DNA of 64,000 nucleotides from the NCBI RefSeq assembly GCF_009914755.1, contig NC_060929.1; one strand, given 5' to 3'. The stretch comes from the human T2T-CHM13v2.0 reference genome, Homo sapiens. Numbering within the stretch: the first letter of the stretch is position 1; every line of letters begins with the position of its first letter. A program made the translations under genes and the position numbers. This document shows positions 44,451 to 60,830 of this stretch, one piece after another. The notes under the pieces were generated by a model. That model ran no database searches, was not told the DNA's origin, and worked only from the letters and a program-made list of their open reading frames with translations.

Positions 44451-46099
44451 CTATAATGCAGAATATATTTCATGAGTAAGCTTCTTCAGTACACTAAATG
44501 GTAATAAATGGCTTGAAAATTAAATGAAACACCAAAATGTGCTTGATTTACTTATAGGACCCTAGGAAAAACACTTATTTTCAAAAGGGTACCTTCAATC
44601 CTGAGAGAGGATATTTGGCTTAAAATGAGAATGACTACTATTATTTACCATGTGCTGAGAAATAAGTGAGAACTGAGTAAAAGCCAAAGAAAAATAAATA
44701 CATTGGAGATTAACTTTACTATTATGAAATAATGGAATATTTATAGAATTAGTCTGATAAGACCCTCACCTAGGGAGGTATAAAGTAGTAGAAAGAGGAC
44801 AAAAGCAGGAGTTCAGAGGACATGAATTAAAACTCTCCAGGCCTCTGGTGTAATTGGGAGTAACTCTCATCAGTAACATGGGAATAAAAAAGCTGCCCCA
44901 TCTAGCTGTACTAGCCCGGGGTGAGACTTGGATGAGAAAAACTACATGAGAAATATACAATTTGTTATGAAATGAAATATACAATTTGTTATAACTAAGT
45001 TAAAATATAGCCTACTTCAGGGAGTGTTCCTGCATACTTACCAGAAGAAGAGCATCACTGGAATGGAGTTCATTGTGGGTCATCTTCATTTCCCCCCACT
45101 GCAGCTAGCTCTCCAAGCATCATGTTACAACTTGGCATCCCCAATGCTCAGTATAATACATGGGATACAGCAAATGCTCCATATATATTTCCTGAATGAT
45201 TAACCAAAACAATGTCACTATAAGGTGTTCCTAAGGTGACTGAAGAACATTTGTTACAAGCCAGTGTTACAGAAAGACTCAGGCATACTTTTTTGTATTT
45301 GGTATCACTACAGATGTTTTGACTGTTTTAATAAATTAACAACATTTCAGGGACCTTTAAGAAGAGGAAAAGAAATATTTAAGGGCTAATAAAGTTTGAA
45401 AATAACCCATAAAGTTACTCTAAAGGATTTCCTACCTTCCTCTACTTTCAGAATCTTATTATTATTTTTTAACTTTAGCCATCACCTTATTCCTCCTAAA
45501 AATGACCTATATCAGACTTTTTTAATTCAACTTTTTGTTTTAGTAAGAATTTATATTTACCTAAAAGTTGCAAAGAGAGTACACAGGTTTTTGTACATTC
45601 TTCAATGTGCTTTATGTTTCCCTATGTTAAAATCTCACATAACCCACTTATTTTTTAAAAACTAAAATAGAAGGCAATTTGAGCAACTCTTTTGTGGAAT
45701 TGTCTGAGAGAATTATGCAATATCCATTGGAATGGAATAGAATATTTTAGTTACAATACCCAAGTCATGAATCACTGGAGTCAATCATGATCAGTTACAG
45801 GCATGTAGAAATACCTGAATGTAGAATTTGGGCTTCATAGAAAAATAACGTTTAAGTCTGAGAATAACCTCTGTGGATATGTTGCTTTACTTGAAGCAAT
45901 TCTTGTAATAATGAACACAAAATATATGACTCTCTGAAAAATGCTGAAAGAAAAGACTGAGTAATTTTATTCAATGTACATTAGAAAAGATCCGAAGTGA
46001 TTCTGTATACTACATACAATTGACTAAAGAAGATGTCATAATTAAAATGAAAAAAATTGAAATAAACCTGCTTATTGATAGAAAACCATATATGTTCAC

Positions 46100-46195
46100 A
46101 CATAAATTATAATTATAAAAAATGTAAATTATATATAATTATATATAAATACATATAATTATAAAAATTATAAAAATGTTAATTATAAAAGTATT
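46100..46195. repeat. AT-rich low-complexity tract
   Basis: Repeated aattataaaaa / atatata. Confidence 0.7.
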
Positions 46196-48914
46196 CATTT
46201 TATTTCAGCTGCATATATGTAGATCTGTACTTATGGTAGAATTATTTCCTTGAAATATAGTTGTTTGGATTTACTATGAACTTAATTTTTAAATATTATT
46301 TGAGGTTCTTTATGAAGAGTAGCATACTTTATCTAGTAAAGACAAGAAATTATCCAAGCAAAAATTAGCACTTATAAATTTTTATAGTATATAAATATAG
46401 TAGAATATATGATATATGAAATAAATGAATATGGCTACACAGAAACAGGTTTCTGCTAATTTTTTAACCACTGAATATACTCCATATAAACTCCCTTCAC
46501 TACATTCTTGCTATATTATGCAATGTATATAATATCTGTGGTTCTAATAATCAAATATTTTAAGTTAGACTGCTTCTGAAGTTAAGACATATAATTTAAT
46601 AAAGGAGATCTGGTGAACATATTCAAATTACAAAACACTTTTCCCTTCCTTCTGCTACATTTAAAAATATTAGGATACCAAGTGATTCACTCAATGAACT
46701 GTGGTTTTCAAGTGGATGTTAAGTGTGCATTACAGGCCTGACAATGACATCAGTGGAGTTCCATACCAAGATATCCATCTACTACTCAAGGGAGAGAGGC
46801 TGCTTGCCCTAGATTCACTGTATGTTCTTGATCGAGTCACCTCACATTCTTGAACCTCGGTCAACCCATTTGGAGAATTAGGTGAAAGCTAAGCCTTAGT
46901 GAGAAACAGATGCTACATCTGAGATGAGTTTTCTTGTGTAAACAAGTAATTCCAAAGTTTAATTCCAAAGAAAGTTGCTATGTGGATGGCCATGATACAT
47001 GACCTATATGAAATAGACAACTGGGTTAAAGCTTTAGAATAAATGTTTCTTAATACAAATTATAGCATCATATTACATCTGGGTTTCTTAAAATATTTTT
47101 ATCTAATTTTTATTTCTTCCACCTTGTTTATTAGATATATACTATAGTGATTTTTATTTGAAATTTATTTAATGCTTTTGGAGCTTATTATTATTTTTAT
47201 CTGGTAACTTATACTTCTAACAGGTCAATTAAGTTGTCAAGGTAGGGGGAAATAGAACTTAAAATAGGCCACTTATTATCTAGTGCAAGTCAGTAAAAGT
47301 TAATTCTTCTTTTGGGATAAAAGTTAACAATCAACGGATTTAAAGACATGTGGTTTTAAAAACAACAGCTAAGTTTGCATTTTGGTTTAATTCCCAGTAG
47401 ATTACTTGTCATTTTAGTAAGGTCTTACATTGGAAAACACATTGCTACTAAAGATGCAGATAATTTAATAAGTTGAAAAGAATTCCTCAAAGGAAAGAAG
47501 AGCCCTCTTGAGAAATGCTAGTTCAAGTTGTCTGACTGCTTTCTCTCCTCTACAACTATTTGTCTGATTGAAATAGCTAGAAACATCAAAGTAAGAGCTG
47601 TGGTTCCTGAAATTCTCCGAGCTTGCCGTAGCTCTAAACTTATATTTCCTGTGTTGACTCCATGTCTTGCTATCAACGGTGCACATTTCAAAGCTTCAGG
47701 TTTAACGTACTGTGCTTTCCATTACACAACTTTTTGTATTTTAAACTGGGAATAAGTAACATGTGAATCAGCAAGCTATTGGATAATGTTGACAATTCTG
47801 TGTTAGCTAGTTTGTGATTCTCTGGTTTGTTTTTTGGTGTTCCCGCATTTGACATTAGCTAAAGGAGCCGTAGCTTGGCCTTTGAGTGGAAAACAATCCA
47901 GGAATTTCAGAGAAGAACTAAGCAACAAAAGGCCTAGAGCTATTATCTTCTGAAGAGAGATGAAAGCACTCCTGTCCTTGTGCTTTCCTCGGTTGCCTGC
48001 ACAGAGCCTTTTGACTTTAGTGTGAAAAGAACATAATCTGTGCTACAATTTGGCCCTAGGTTTCTTTAGAAACTAAGCGAAGTCGAATTGAGTGAGATGC
48101 AAAATAACCGTTGGCTAAGGTACGATCATCCTTGGGAGACCAAAAATGTGATGGGTATAGATCTAAAAACTTGTTGGGGAGGTGGTGGTGGATGATGAAA
48201 GTCTAAGTTTAGACAGTATCGAGAGAAAATATCCAATCAAAAAATTTACTGACCATCTTGGGAAGCAGGCTGGATGAAAGCAGAAAATGGTTCATCATTT
48301 TGACATTTTGAAAGTAGACTTGCATCATAAAGAATCTTATACTAGTTTCATTTGGAGCAGTTGAATTGTAAATATTTTTCCCTCTAAAATTCTCATGTGA
48401 ATGGTGTGAACTCTAGAAGAAAAAAAAAACAATTATTCATATAGTATGTTCTTCATATGTAATGTGTATATATTCTTCATATATATATTCAATTATTCAT
48501 ATATATGTGTTTATACATAATATGTATATATGATACCCTCAAATGTACACATAATATCTCTCCAGGCTCTTGCCAAAGAATATTATTTTGAAGTGTACAA
48601 AAGAGGAGAAGCTTTTCATCCCATGAAAGGCCTGTTTTCTTCTAGTGCACTCTGAATCACTTACTTACTTTGGACCTCTGACCTCCTTACGATTCCCTGG
48701 ATCTGGAAGTGAGATTGATGAACACAAAGTGGGACATACATGTGGGAGCTCTTATGAATTGGAGCTATATTAAAATAATTAGTCTAAGTTTTATCTGGCA
48801 TAGAGTTCAGATTCTACCATTACTCTGTGATGTAAGCATATTTAAAGAATAAGGGAGTTATAATCGCAAGGAAAGTTGGGAAGAATGAATTCATAAGTTA
48901 GTCTGTGGTCCTGA

Positions 48915-49257
<343 letters not shown>

Positions 49258-50419
49258 AAAATATCCCTTTTTCAACTTCAGTGAATAAAATTGCTCTTCT
49301 GAAGCCACCTTCAATGGAATTAATTTTTATACTTGAATAAGATGAAACTTGAAAGGCCCAAAAGTTTTGCAGAGTAGATGATTCACGACGGTTGTTCATG
49401 AAAAGTTTACAGAAAAAAACCTTTAGATGTTTGTTCAGCTCTCTCTTATTTTAAGAGAGACTGCAAACAAGAAAATAAAACAAAACAATAAAACTCCAAA
49501 TAAAATAAAAGAAAACAGGAACTTAAGTTTCTACTGCAATTCTTGGCAGAAGGTTAAGGTAGTTTTATATAAGATTCTGAAACATGGCTTTTTAGTTATG
49601 TATCTATTTTTGAGGAAAACGTTTTTCTGCCTATAGACATCACTGAAGTCAACATTTGGTATATATATTATTTATGCTCTGATGTTCTGAGTATATATAA
49701 CAGTGAGTGTGTAAAGTAGAATAAATTTTAATTTGATAAAATGCCAATCACAAAAGGGTTTTTTTTTTACATCAAGGAGCTTAATCTGTTAAATATGACT
49801 GGAAAATTATTTTTCATTTTCTTGTGGTGTAAATATCTAAATAACTGCATTTCTAAGTGTTAATATTTTTACCCATGGATTTTGTTCTATTTAGAGACTT
49901 TTCTTTGAAGAACTCAAAGCTCTTTGATTAGCATCTCATCCAACAATTTTTAAGTCAGCGAATTTCAAGAAAAACATATGGGGGATAGGCAAAGAGACTT
50001 CTTTAAGAAAAATGTAATCTCATAAAACCAACAACTTATTCCCATTTTTCTTCTTCCCCAACATTAACAGTGATCACCTCTATGCGCCTTGGAATTAAGA
50101 CATGGGGAAAGTGTTTCTGTTAATAACTGCTCTACCTCTGCATTGAATTGAGATAGATTCTTAAGTTTCCATTCTGTGGTTCAAGAAATACTTTGTGTGC
50201 CTTAGAAGGGAGTTAGGAATATGAGGTGATTGTTGGTTTAACTAGTATGATTTCATAATGCCATCTGTTTCTCTTCTATTTTTTTTACTCAAAAATTTTT
50301 TTCAGGACATCAAATAATTATGAAAAGCATTAATGGATGTTCCACATCACTGTGCCTACTCACTAATCCTGAGCATGCCCTGCTCTTTCCTTCTTTATCT
50401 TTTTTTTTGTAAAGTACAT

Positions 50420-50970
50420 TAGTTGTGTTTGCATGTACAGAATCTAACCACTTCTCTTTTGGGAACAAATCTCTGATTTTCATTTGAGGAGTCACCATTC
50501 TTCCATTCTCAGCCCATGTGGTTTAGATGGGGTTACTTTTTCCACTTGGATCTATGGGTTGCTATATGCCTGAGGCTCTTTCATTGGAACATTTCATTTC
50601 TCTGACTGCAGTGAGATCCATCTCAGGTTAACAGTACTTGATTCTGGGACTTCTGATGGAGGCAATGATTTACAAAAAGTTATTTTCATCAGACTGATAA
50701 GTTTTGGTAAGATGTTATTACAAGGGGGGAAAATTACCTAAAAAGGGGGGCAAACCAGAGGAAAGCAGAGCTGCAATATGTAGAGGGACAACTGCTGATA
50801 ATATCATTTGAGTACCTTCATCCAACTAGGTAATCTGACACATCTGAAGATAACCAGTCCTGGACTTTTTATTATAAATACTTGCCTTTCAACTTTTATT
50901 TATTTAGCTTAATTTAGTTTGAATTGAGTTTCTGTCATTTGGGTCAAAGGAATTCTTCTATTCACATTAC
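50420..50970 (+). mobile_element. Old ERVL/MaLR-type LTR (family uncertain)
   Basis: ctcagcccatgtggtttagatgggg and the LTR-like end gagtttctgtcatttgggtcaaaggaattct. Confidence 0.5.
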
Positions 50971-51964
50971 ATTCCCAAAGCACTAGTGTTTAGTATCATA
51001 AAAACAAAATAGCAATATGATGCTTATGAGACTTATCTGTGAACTAATTAAAAACTTTCTGCAATCTCTAATGTGTAGATACTGAAGAATGTCATCTTCA
51101 TAATCAATTTTCACTATCATTTTATTTTGAATTTAAAATATAAACTGTCATAGAATTATAGAATTTTCAAGCTAATTTTCAAGTTCATTTCCTCCAATTC
51201 CTTCATATTATTTGACAGTGCAGTACAACTTAGAAAGCGTTAGGGTATAATGAGAGGCTGTACAGCAGACTAGGAAGAGCACAAATCTACACACCCACAT
51301 TGTTGTTTGGTAGATGAGTAATTTAGAACACATTACTTAAGCACTCTGAGTGGCAGTTTACTTAACTATTGTTCTGAAGATATCTGGCTCACAATTGTCA
51401 CTAAATGTGGTAATTTTAATTTTACTATTATTGTCAAGGAACATAGCTAGTTAATAACATTCTTGCTTTGAACACAAGGCATAAACCAATGTCAGTGTGG
51501 CCTTTCTTGCTCTTCTGCTACTTTAAATTAGAAAGGGGAGTAACATATGTGTATTTGAATCTATTTATTTATTTTTTTAAAAAATTGCAGGATAAACCAA
51601 ATCTAAAATAATAGTTATCTGTTGGGGTGAGAGAAAATAGTGTGGAAAGGACAGGGATATAAGCTATGTGTGTCTGAATATATAATGTTTTATAGATTAC
51701 CTTACATTATTATGAAATGAAAATTAATCCTTGAAGGCATAATGAGATTCGTGAGCTTTGTATCAATCAGGTGCATAACCACACAAAGTGGAACCACTCA
51801 TGTATCTTCAAAACACATAATTTGACCGCACATATCTAGTGGAGTACATGAACAAAATGATTTGCAAGATACTCTTAAAATCTTTTCAGTAATCATGTTG
51901 CTTTGTTTGTAGAAGCTATCTTTCACTACAAACTGTTTAGTAACAAACACAAACATAAATAAAT

Positions 51965-52086
51965 AGTTTTCCAACTTTATTGGGGTATAATTTGCAAGTA
52001 AAATTGTATATCCTTAAGGTATACAATTTGATTATTTGAAATACGTATACATGTGAAGTGATTACCACAATCAAATCAGTTAACAC
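51965..52086 (-). mobile_element. L1MA 3' terminal fragment
   Basis: ccaactttattggggtataatt...gtgattaccacaatcaa. Confidence 0.7.
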
Positions 52087-52445
52087 TGTTAAAAGACCAA
52101 CAGGTTTTATGCCTGCTGCACCATAACAGACTAATACAGCAAGACAGCAGGGTTTGTTAGAGAGAAATAGTTTAATTGCAGGGCTTCAAGTAAGGAGATG
52201 GAGAGAGCCCCTAAAATCCATCTCCTGGAGGAGTTCTGGGCTAGGGTTTTTAAGGGGATCATTGAGGGTGAGGGAATGAAAAATTGGGTTGTTGATTGGT
52301 TGGGTAAGGGGAATGAAATCATCAGGATGTGGAAACTGCATTTTTTGGTGAGTCAGCTCCTTGAAGGATCCTTCAAAGCTACCTGGCATCAGCAGTTTTG
52401 CTGATACGCAAGGCCTCAAAGAATATCTCACATGGAAAACTTAAG
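52087..52445 (-). mobile_element. ERV1 (MER4-group) LTR fragment
   Basis: gagaaatagtttaattgcagggc and ctagggtttttaagggg are typical antisense ERV1 LTR poly(A)/TATA regions. Exact family not determined. Confidence 0.65.
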
Positions 52446-53019
52446 TTGCACAGCTGGACTAGACTGCTAGCTGGGAGCCTCAACCATGGAGAACAGCTGA
52501 CTGTGCTCCTTGGCAAGATGGGATCACCAACTTGGCTCCACATATGAGTGGGGCCTCGGATTGGCTTTCTAATGGGGTAAGGCCCCTGGCATAGATGTGG
52601 TACCACCATCAAGATACACATGCTGGTCGCTGTGAGCCCTGTTCCCTTTCTTTGTTTCTACCTGACTTCAGGTAGTGTATTCCTGCAAATTTCCCCACTG
52701 TTTTGTAGGAGAAAAAACAAGAGATTCTCCTTGGTGTGGTGCTGTGCACCCGGGGGAGACCTGATGTAGTTAAAATCAAACTATTTCTCTTACTCTTCTA
52801 ATGTGGCTTTTCTTGGTTTTTGAGCTCCAAGCGGGGCACCTCCACCTCACCCTCAAGTTATAAAATTTTCATAAAGGTGTTTTTGTATATGTATAGTTAT
52901 TTGCCAGTCAGAATTTTTGTGAGGGGTTCTAAAGGCAGAGACCTTTTAGTCTTCCATCTTGCTGAATCACTCTTGATAATAAATATTTACTTAGCTTACA
53001 ATCCTGCAGAATCTAGCTG

Positions 53020-53278
53020 ATATGGTCTGGTCTTGCTAATGAGTATGTAGTCAGTTTTAGGTTGGCTACATAGATCTGCTCATCTTGGTGGGCTCAACCT
53101 AGGAGTTAGTTGGCTATCAGCTAATCTAGAGTTATTTGGCTAAGAGACACAGCAGGGCCAGTATGGTTGTATTTTTATATCTTTAATGTCTTTTGGCCCC
53201 AGGTAGCTCCAGCAAAGTAGCCCAAGCATGTTCCTGTGGTAACTGTAGAAGTGGAAAAGAGCAAGTAGAAACAGGCAA

Positions 53279-53310
<32 letters not shown>

Positions 53311-53474
53311 AAATCCTCTTCTTGTTTCATGGTTGCTGAAATCCTATGGGCCATGGCAAGCCACTGGGCAGAGCCAGAATAAGAATGAAAAAACACTACA
53401 AGTTTACAAAGCAAGGTGTGTAGATGTGAGTACTGGTGAAAAACTGGGGCAATAGATAACAGTAATCTACCACA
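53020..53474 (-). mobile_element. MLT1 (H/I-like) LTR fragment
   Basis: ccagcaaagtagcccaagcatgttc and ggcaagccactgggcagagccaga...gtaatctaccaca. Confidence 0.6.
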
Positions 53475-54748
53475 GTATTTTTCTAAGATCGTCATGTACA
53501 TGGCATAGAATAAAACAAAGGAGTTATGCTAATGTTTATGAAATCTAGAGTTTTTGGGATGGGAAAAAGGAGATATAATATCAAAAAGATTAAGCAAAAA
53601 ACTATTATCTTGTATTTGAATTGGATGTATCATTATAAACTTGTAATGTATTTTAGCTTCAAAACAAGTATGACACATAGCTCTGTCTACTGAAAAAGCC
53701 TAGACATCATGACCATCCCAGTGGCAATAAGCACACTAGCATACATAATCTAGTCTCTAAATTTCTCAGTAAAATAAACCATGAATCTTTGAAAAAAATG
53801 TCTAACTTCAGGAAATGTAAAAGTTGAGCCTAGAATATCTTATCGCATCACCTTGTCACATCAAACAGCAAGAAAATTATCAACAATGTCTGAGATAAAT
53901 TGTCAAAAGAAGACAATTTGAGGATATGTCCCTGGTCAAAGTTGGAAATTTGAGCATGAATTAAAAAATGATTGCTGTGGTTTTCAAATATCAAAGATGC
54001 TTAAATCTATAAGCTCATGGTAATACCAAATGATACTCAACCCTGAACTTAGTCATGCCAGGAAACCAATTCATTATTTAGAAAACTGGTGGTAAATAAA
54101 ATGAAGTAATTAAAATTTTATCCTGCCTTTAATATAGAAACTGCTGCAGGGTAATAAACTAGTTATTGAGAAAATATTCTCTCCAGAAAAGTTTCAAGTA
54201 ACAGATGCAGAATAAATTATAAAATTATAATACCAGCATTTTCTAATCCTTGGTAAAGTAATGGCTAGAGGATGTATATCAATGGCTGCTAACTTAATAA
54301 CAAAGTGACAATCAGAAATTATGTGCCTCCTGGTAGAAGTCCACAACAATACTTGTGATATCTTCTTGACTAAAAAATCAAGTAAAAAATAAATGTAATC
54401 AAGACTTTAGACCTAACTACCACTTAGAGAAAATAAAAAGAATAGCAATAAAATGAAACAGCACCTCAAGAATGCAATAATCAAAATCTACCCTGGGAAA
54501 TACTACAAGACCAGGAAGGTTGTCTCTTTAACAAATGCATTGAAGAGAAATCGAAAAGAAGAGGAAGGAGTAATTTGTGGATTAAAGAGATACTTAAACT
54601 ATATGGATATTATTGAGATAAAGATTTAAACAATCTGTCAAAAAATAGAGAAAAGTCAGAGAAATCTGAACACCTATTAACACCTATTAAGTATATGATG
54701 ATATAAAGGGATTATTGTTAATTTTTTAAGTGGGATAATGGTGTCATG

Positions 54749-55075
<327 letters not shown>

Positions 55076-55107
55076 TTAGAGATACATACTGAATTATACA
55101 GGTATGA

Positions 55108-55472
55108 TGCTATGGTTTGAAACTGTCCCCAAATTTCATGTGTGGAAAACTTAATTCTCAAATTAATATGTTGATTGGAGATGGAGATCTTGGGAACGTA
55201 ATTAGATTAGATAAGGTTATCACAGTGGAGCCCCATGATGGGACTGGTGGCTTTATTAGAAGAGGAAGAGAGAGCTGAGCTGACATACATTCCCTTGTGC
55301 TATTTCCCTGCGATGCCTTTTGCCATGTTATGCAGGAAGAAGGCCCTCATGGATACCACCACCATGCTCTTGAACTTCCCAACCTCCAGAATGATAAGAA
55401 ATATATTTCTAGTTTTTTGCAAACTACCTAGTCTCAAGTATTCTGTTATAACAACAGAATTGAACTAAGACA
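55108..55472 (+). mobile_element. MST (MSTB/MSTC-like) solo LTR
   Basis: tgctatggtttga...gaactaagaca. Near-TSD tatga (55103-55107) / tatgg (55473-55477). Confidence 0.85.
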
Positions 55473-55704
55473 TATGGAATAATATCATGTCTAAGAACTT
55501 CCTTCAAAAGAATCCAGAGTTGAGAGAGTGAAGCAGGGTGTGGCTGAAGCATGATTGAGCCATTTCAACAATTGTTGAAATTGGGCATTGAATATGTAGG
55601 GGTTCATTTTACTATTTTGCTTGTTCTTGTTATATGTTTTAACATTTCCTTATTAAACATTTTTGAGAAGCTATTTCAATATAATTTTTATCATATATAT
55701 AGGA

Positions 55705-55960
55705 AACTGTTGTAGTTAAAAAATAGTCTGCTCATGATTAGGAACTTGAGGTCAGCATCAGACTATTTGAATTCTGTTTACTTACTACTGAAGGGACCTT
55801 GGACAAGGTACATAAATTTTCAGCACCTCAATTTAGTTAGGTGTAACATGAGAGTATTAATAGGATGTACTTCACAGAGTTGTTATGTGAATTATAAGTT
55901 AAAATATGTAACGTGATGATTAGCACAGTGTAACACACGTAGTGATCACTCAGTACTTTT
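55705..55960 (+). mobile_element. MIR
   Basis: cttactactgaagggaccttggacaaggtacataa...cttcacagagttgttatgtgaatt. Confidence 0.7.
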
Positions 55961-56884
55961 TATTATGCTTATTGATGCTATCACATATATGTCCAGCTGA
56001 ATACATAGATAAAGGGCTGAAGGATATATGTAAACTTGTAATATTGGCTACCGCTGAGGCAAGAAGTAGGAATAGAGAGAGAAGAAAGAGAAGACATTTT
56101 GAAATTCTATATATTTAGTCATGATAATGCAAATATTATTAGAGTGTGCGATAATTTTAAGACTACTAAATATTCTCAATATAAAAACGATTTTCTAGAA
56201 AATTACATTTAAAATCTTTAGTTGGGCACCTTGTCTGATACCCAGCACTGTCCAAGGTTGAGCAATGAATAAAACATTGTGCCACCACCTCCAAAGAGCC
56301 TAAAATCTAATAGAGGAATAAGAAGAGTACTAAAGATAACTAGATAAAAGAATGTGATATAGGTTCTAAAACAATTTATAAACATAGCAATGCAATAATT
56401 TAGAATGTGACGCTGGACCAAGTTCTACCTTAAAAACTACCAATTTAAGTGATTTAAGTTTATGCAGAAAGCTTATGTTAAGGTAGAGAAACATCTAGAT
56501 TATAAAGGAGAGAGTATGAGAGATAATAGGAAATCACTTTGTGAGTGATAGGACCATTGCCACCACCTTATCGTTACAGAGATTGCCATTATCTGATTAT
56601 TAATATGAATTCATTTGTGTAAAAGTCAGAGTAATGTCAGGTTGTTTTGGATCTCTCTAAGGGATACTACTTGTTAAACATGTTCTATGAGAATTGTCTT
56701 TGAGAGGATGCCCTGGCATAAGCCCTAATAGCAGCACTGAGTAAGGCTTCAACATATTTATATTACTACATTTTACTGAGAGGAAGGGAAGATTTAAAAG
56801 CCAATGATAGCTGTTGGTGTTATCACATTTAATTAAAAATGACAAGGGTCTATTTTTACTATTAAACATTTCATTCTGTGGACC

Positions 56885-57125
56885 TAGTATAGTGTATCAA
56901 ATTCTTGCAAGCTGCGTACCCAGCTGAGGAGGCAGCATATCCTCCTGGTTTGCTGTTCCTGCCCAGTGGACTCTGGAAAGGCTCATTCATCCCTGGAAGC
57001 CTGATCCATATCTTAGAAAGTGGTGATAATACCTATCTCATTGAGGTTCACATGCGGATTACAGGACGTAATGCATGTGAAAAGTTAAGCCTAGTGGAAA
57101 GCACACATCAGTGTTTAATAATTGC
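56885..57125 (+). mobile_element. MIR
   Basis: ggtgataatacctatctcattgaggtt...aatgcatgtgaaaag. Confidence 0.55.
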
Positions 57126-58637
57126 CAGAAACTGTGTTTAATTACTGGCTCTGCCTGCCTTGAATAGGAGGTCCTTGGGGACAAGGACAGTGTCACATGT
57201 ACTGCCATGTCCTTGGTACCCAACTTCATGAGGATATAAACTGAGTATTTATTTCTATTTACTGTTTTTAGAGGTACTTGTGTTGCAAGAAGTCCCCCAT
57301 GGAGGAATTCCATATGTAAAACCTCTACTGTGGGAAGATTTGGCCCTGAGAACCATGCTGTTTCCTCCTCAGATTGGTGGGTTCAGCTGAAAAGCATAAT
57401 CCTGTCCTCACTGGAGACTTTTTTGAAAGGGTTTCTGCTGCATTTATATGGGGGATTGAAAATAAGGGAAATCGAACATATGCCAAGGGACCACATTTTC
57501 CCTTAAGGGTAATAAATGTAAAGTAAGTAAAAGAACTGTGTTAAATACATGCTTGTCTTTCTCATAAAATTCTTGGTCTTTTGTCTGAGGAATATTCAAA
57601 AGGTAATGTATCACTGTGGGCAGATCAGCCTGGCCTTTATTTATTTTCTCAGCAACTGTCTTATTTTGGATAAAAGGCAGGAGAAATATAAAACGTCAGG
57701 CACTAACAGGGATTTTATTATTTATTTTCTGAGCTCTGTTATGGTTGATGTTGTTTCATTTTTTCCATTATAAATCCCTTTTTCTCAAGGGGCTGTAACT
57801 CTCCCAATAAAAAGAATGGCTTCAGGCAAACACTTGAAGCATTTGTTCTCAGCTTAAGAGGACTTTTGTTTTTCCAGGTCTTGAAAATAAAATCCATTAC
57901 ATTCTTTTTAAATTACAGGAGTGTTAAAGTGAAAAAGCCCAGGAATTGCTGCTTTTATATGTGCGCTCTTACCACCTCGGCTCAGAATTTCTTTAAGCAG
58001 CAATTCTGCAGCTCCTCTCACCACCGATTATATGAGAAGCCTCTCTATCTATCACTATTGATCATCTGTACTGAGTCCATCGGCTTCCTCAGAGATGTTT
58101 ACAAGTGCTGTTTGTTGGTTAGTTTGTGCCGGGTCATTTCTTTTTGCCTGATAGATGTAATGCCTCCCAGAAGAAACAAGTCCATTCAGTACATGGTCAC
58201 CTTTCTTCAGTGAAACAATTCAGTGGTCTGCTATCCAGAGGGCAATGAAGTGATACTGGACCTTGTCATCCTGAAGGTGGAGACATGCTGATAACTTCAA
58301 AATATCCCTTTCTAATTTACTCCCAGAAAAGTGCTGAGCTGAATCCTGGGTTATAGGCTAAAGAAAAATTCAGGCTGAAGATGAGATCTTACAGACACAT
58401 TTCAGAGGCTCGCTATAAGTCTGAGGTCTCTGCATGGCAGGAGTTGGAGACTCTGGTCAGGCCAGAGTAGTCCTAGGTTTCCGGATGTGGCTGGGGATGA
58501 CATCTATAGCCTAGTAACATCAAAAGTGCCCATGTATCTTTAATATTCTTTTCTTCCCCCTTTGCTTGCTAGCTGAGACCACTGCATAGTGAATATTTTA
58601 AAAGCAAGATTTCCAGGAGTTTAACGCCTCTGGAATA

Positions 58638-58640
<3 letters not shown>

Positions 58641-58676
<36 letters not shown>
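58641..58676. repeat. (AC)18 microsatellite
   Basis: Direct read. Confidence 0.97.
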
Positions 58677-58679
<3 letters not shown>

Positions 58680-58746
58680 ATACATTAAGTTTCCTGTAGC
58701 TACTTTTGTCCAAAAAGATAGCTTAAAGGAGAGAATATTCCATTTA

Positions 58747-59935
<1,189 letters not shown>

Positions 59936-60629
59936 TCTGCTTTTCATTTCTTTTATATTCCAGTTTCATCATACTTTTCACAAAGTACTGTAACCATTAA
60001 GCACCAAAAATGATGTACTAGGTGATGAGAGAAAATCAATTTTGAGTAGCGAAGGCTTGAGCAGTAAGAATGCAAAGCACTAGAACAAGAAAAACCTGAG
60101 TCAGGCGTGATCTCATAGAACTGGGAAAAGGGGTTGTCCCAATTCAATGTATGAATAAGAAGAGTCCTGCAATGGAACTATGAAGTGAGGCTTATATTAG
60201 TGTAGGAGAATCAGAAGAAAACATGGAAGGTGGACTTTATCTAATATCAATCATCTCGGCATTTTCACCATTCATTCAGCTCTGGATTAATCATTTAGCA
60301 AAATAAACAGATGCACCAAGAGGAAAGGGTACTAAAGAGTTTCCCTGAACTGACCTCAGTTATCATGGCCAAAAGTATTTCACTACCTCCCTTAACTTTA
60401 GTCTATTTTTTTTTATCTTTATCTGTCATGTTTGACTTCAATTTTCATTATTAAATGGTTTTTTTTTTTTTTGGCATGGTGAGTGATCAAGTTTAGAAGT
60501 TTGACTTGAAAGTTTTGTCAGATACTGCATTTGTTTGAGAGATACTGCATGGCTTGAGGGTTTTGCTTCCATCACAGCACAGTTGTTGGACTGTGCTGAA
60601 GGCATCAGTTGGCCTGAATCCAGCCTGGA

Positions 60630-60830
60630 ACTTATTGATTAATTCATCTCATGTGTTTTTAAAACCTCCCATGTGGCAGGCACTGTGATGTCACTGAAAA
60701 GACATTGGCATAATGAAAAGGACTTAATCCTACTTCCCTTCAAGTTTATAATAGTTGATGTGTCAAGCTGATAAGTAAAGAGGCAATCACAATGCAATGT
60801 ATTAAATATTGTGATAATCTGTTTAATCAG
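60630..60830 (-). mobile_element. L2 3' fragment
   Basis: cctcccatgtggcaggcactgtg...cctacttcccttcaagtttata. Confidence 0.55.

Noticed and set aside
44950-44992. 19-bp duplication gaaatatacaatttgttat
   Set aside because: It is real but an ordinary slippage-type event, counted only within the window-wide scar observation.
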